The translations under genes and the position numbers were made by a program. A stretch of DNA of 64,000 nt. Source: Raillietiella orientalis. Its lineage: Eukaryota. The stretch spans positions 1,426,001 through 1,490,000 of the forward strand of contig JAYWIR010000017.1 of NCBI GenBank assembly GCA_036172245.1. Direction: 5' to 3'. The notes beneath the pieces are model-generated. The model had not been told where the DNA came from. It ran no database searches and worked only from the letters and a program-made list of their open reading frames with translations. Below, in pieces: positions 61,901 through 64,000 of the stretch. Numbering within the stretch: the stretch's first letter is position 1; each line of letters starts with the position of its first letter.

Positions 61901-64000
61901 TGAGAACGCTCAAAGCAAGATGTTTGAAGGTTTCTAAGAATCAGGGAAGAGCTTTTTAGCGTGCTTTTAGAGTACGAAAATTAGTAAATTTCAAGAGCCA
62001 TCGTTGTGGAAGAGACAAAGAGATCTGGAAGACCTCAGAGATGCAATAAAGGGAAACTCGATCTCTGTTTATTCTAATGGCTCCATGTAGCTGAGCAAAA
62101 CAAACAAACAAAAGATTAACCGAAGTTTACAACACTTACCGGTTTCGGTCACTATGAAATTCTTCTCACGCCTCAGTCGCAAGCTGATTTTTAAGTTGAT
62201 CTTATCCACCTTTAGGTTCGAGATGATGGTTGACTTCCTCGGGCTCTACTTCCTAAGTACAGTTTGCAAAGTCAGTTCGAAATCAGTGAGACAGAATTCA
62301 CGGAACAGACCTGAGTAAAAAAAGGACTTGAAGATGAAAGATGTGTTCTTTCTGGAAACTTGGAAACAAATCAAAAGAAAGCGAACAATAATTTAGCAAC
62401 AACGCGTTTTTACATCTCACGGATAAAAATCAAATGGATGGTACACTCCCAAAGCTCACTCGGGATCGTTCGTAAAGATTTGGATGTTTTTGAAACTGTG
62501 ATTGCTAAATGAACGAGTTAATCCATGAGGAAGCACATGGCATTATCGAGCTTCAGCTGAAGCTCGATGATGGATGTGGTGAAAGATTTTCTCTCTCCAA
62601 AAGCAACAACCAGGCTGCAGAGACGAGATCCCCCAAAAATGCTTGCATCTGAAGCAGAACCTATCGTGAATGTTGAATGCTTCGTTGTCCTTTTTTGCAT
62701 CGGAAGCGCGGCAGAAACGATCTCAGTGATCCCCAGTGATGTCATCTGCGGTTTTGAAGAAAATCTGGACTTTGCAGCTTCGCCTCTCTATCTGAAGAAA
62801 GCTTCCAGTTCAGATACCAGAAATCACTTATTTTTATTACTCAGAAATCATAATCATGCAATGTCTCTGTTAGGATTGAGTGCTGTCCTTTTTCAAAACT
62901 GTCATGGAGGCTGGAGGGAATGTCTGAAAAACGCATGAGTTCTTTTAAGCATTCGCTCAGTTGATTTTTGTGTTTTCGAAATCCGCTTTAAAGAACTCTG
63001 ACTCCAATACCAGTGTTCTCCAGGATTAGAGAGTATGTAAGAATTCAGCAAACATGGGCTCTTTTTTTTTTTTTTTTTTAACTAATTTTTTCAACTGAGC
63101 TCTGGGAATCTTTCACAGAGGTGTGCTGAGATGTTCAGAATTATCAAAGGTAAGGCTTTGGAATTCTTTTCAGCAAAATCAAACTGAATCTTTACGGTGA
63201 TGGTTCAGCTAGTCTAGAAGAATTAGCGTTAGATGAAAGGAAGACACTCAACTCATGAGGAGCACTGAGCAAAAGCCCCTCATTGAAATCAGCACCAGCG
63301 TTGGGTTCCTTAACATTGTAGCATCCCACGAATGTGTCCAACTATAGCATGGATTGGCTGATTACAGCAGCTGTAACAGAAAGTGAATGATCACTAAGAA
63401 CGAGGAAAAGAAACCGATGAACAGCGGAAATTCGATTTCCTGCCAGTTTTTTTTTTTTTTGATTTTGGCTTCGAGTTCCAACCAACCTGCGATCTGTATT
63501 CATACACTTCCTCTTGAAATTACCATGGCATTTAAAGACTATTCAAGAATCAAACTTTGTTCTGAAGATTTCTGTAAATGAGATTAGCTATTTGATTCAG
63601 ATGTGCTTTCAGAACCATTCTGTCTCATTTTCTATCGTCCTCGACATTTGTTTTGTTTTTTTTTGTGATGCCTAATGATGAATCCTCTTTGAAGATACTT
63701 TGGACTTGACTAGACCAAACTCAAAGAGAAACCCGTTACCAAGGAAAATTTTGGCACTGATATCTGGGCTTGAAGAATTTTATGGCTGATAAATGTGGAG
63801 GTTGAGCAATGTCAAGAGAAAGTTAACTCATCGTAAAGGGTCCAGTTATCTGACGCGCACGGCGCAAGGGAAAGCAACGGTTAATTCATGTGGAATGATC
63901 TTCTGTAAAAAATGTATTCAAGTCAGAAGTTTCAGAAGCGAGGGATGGCAGGAGAGAAAGCAATATTTTTGTCTCTGATTCCGAGGAGTTACCACTGAGT

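Noticed and set aside
1..64000. tRNA, rRNA or snRNA genes
   Set aside because: No T-loop/B-box cloverleaf or conserved rRNA or snRNA sequence was recognised by eye; tRNAscan-SE and Infernal would be needed to exclude them.

Overview
This is eukaryotic genomic DNA, most likely from an arthropod: short ~50-nt introns alternate with multi-kb introns and homopolymer runs are frequent. The one securely identified gene encodes the AMP-activated protein kinase gamma subunit (SNF4Agamma/PRKAG family) on the + strand. Five exons (20743-28131) encode all four CBS motifs. At least two, and probably up to five, small upstream exons (1917-13425) add an insect-like N-terminal extension. Its large introns and the 30-45 kb region hold heavily eroded transposon fossils: several L1/Tx1-like LINE pieces, possible CR1-like scraps and a Tc1/mariner transposase. 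A PIF/Harbinger transposase fossil lies at 58.4-58.9 kb. I cannot demonstrate a new biological system. The best leads are three. First, a chain of phase-compatible minus-strand exons at 51.8-53.4 kb reads like a kinase fold lacking its catalytic residues. Second, an interleaved A-B-A'-B' inverted-repeat module sits at 36.5 kb. Third, a nested fold-back element with a compensatory base-pair change lies just downstream of an AMPK-gamma donor site at 9.7 kb. All similarity calls come from reading motifs by eye and recalling family consensus sequences, not from database searches.
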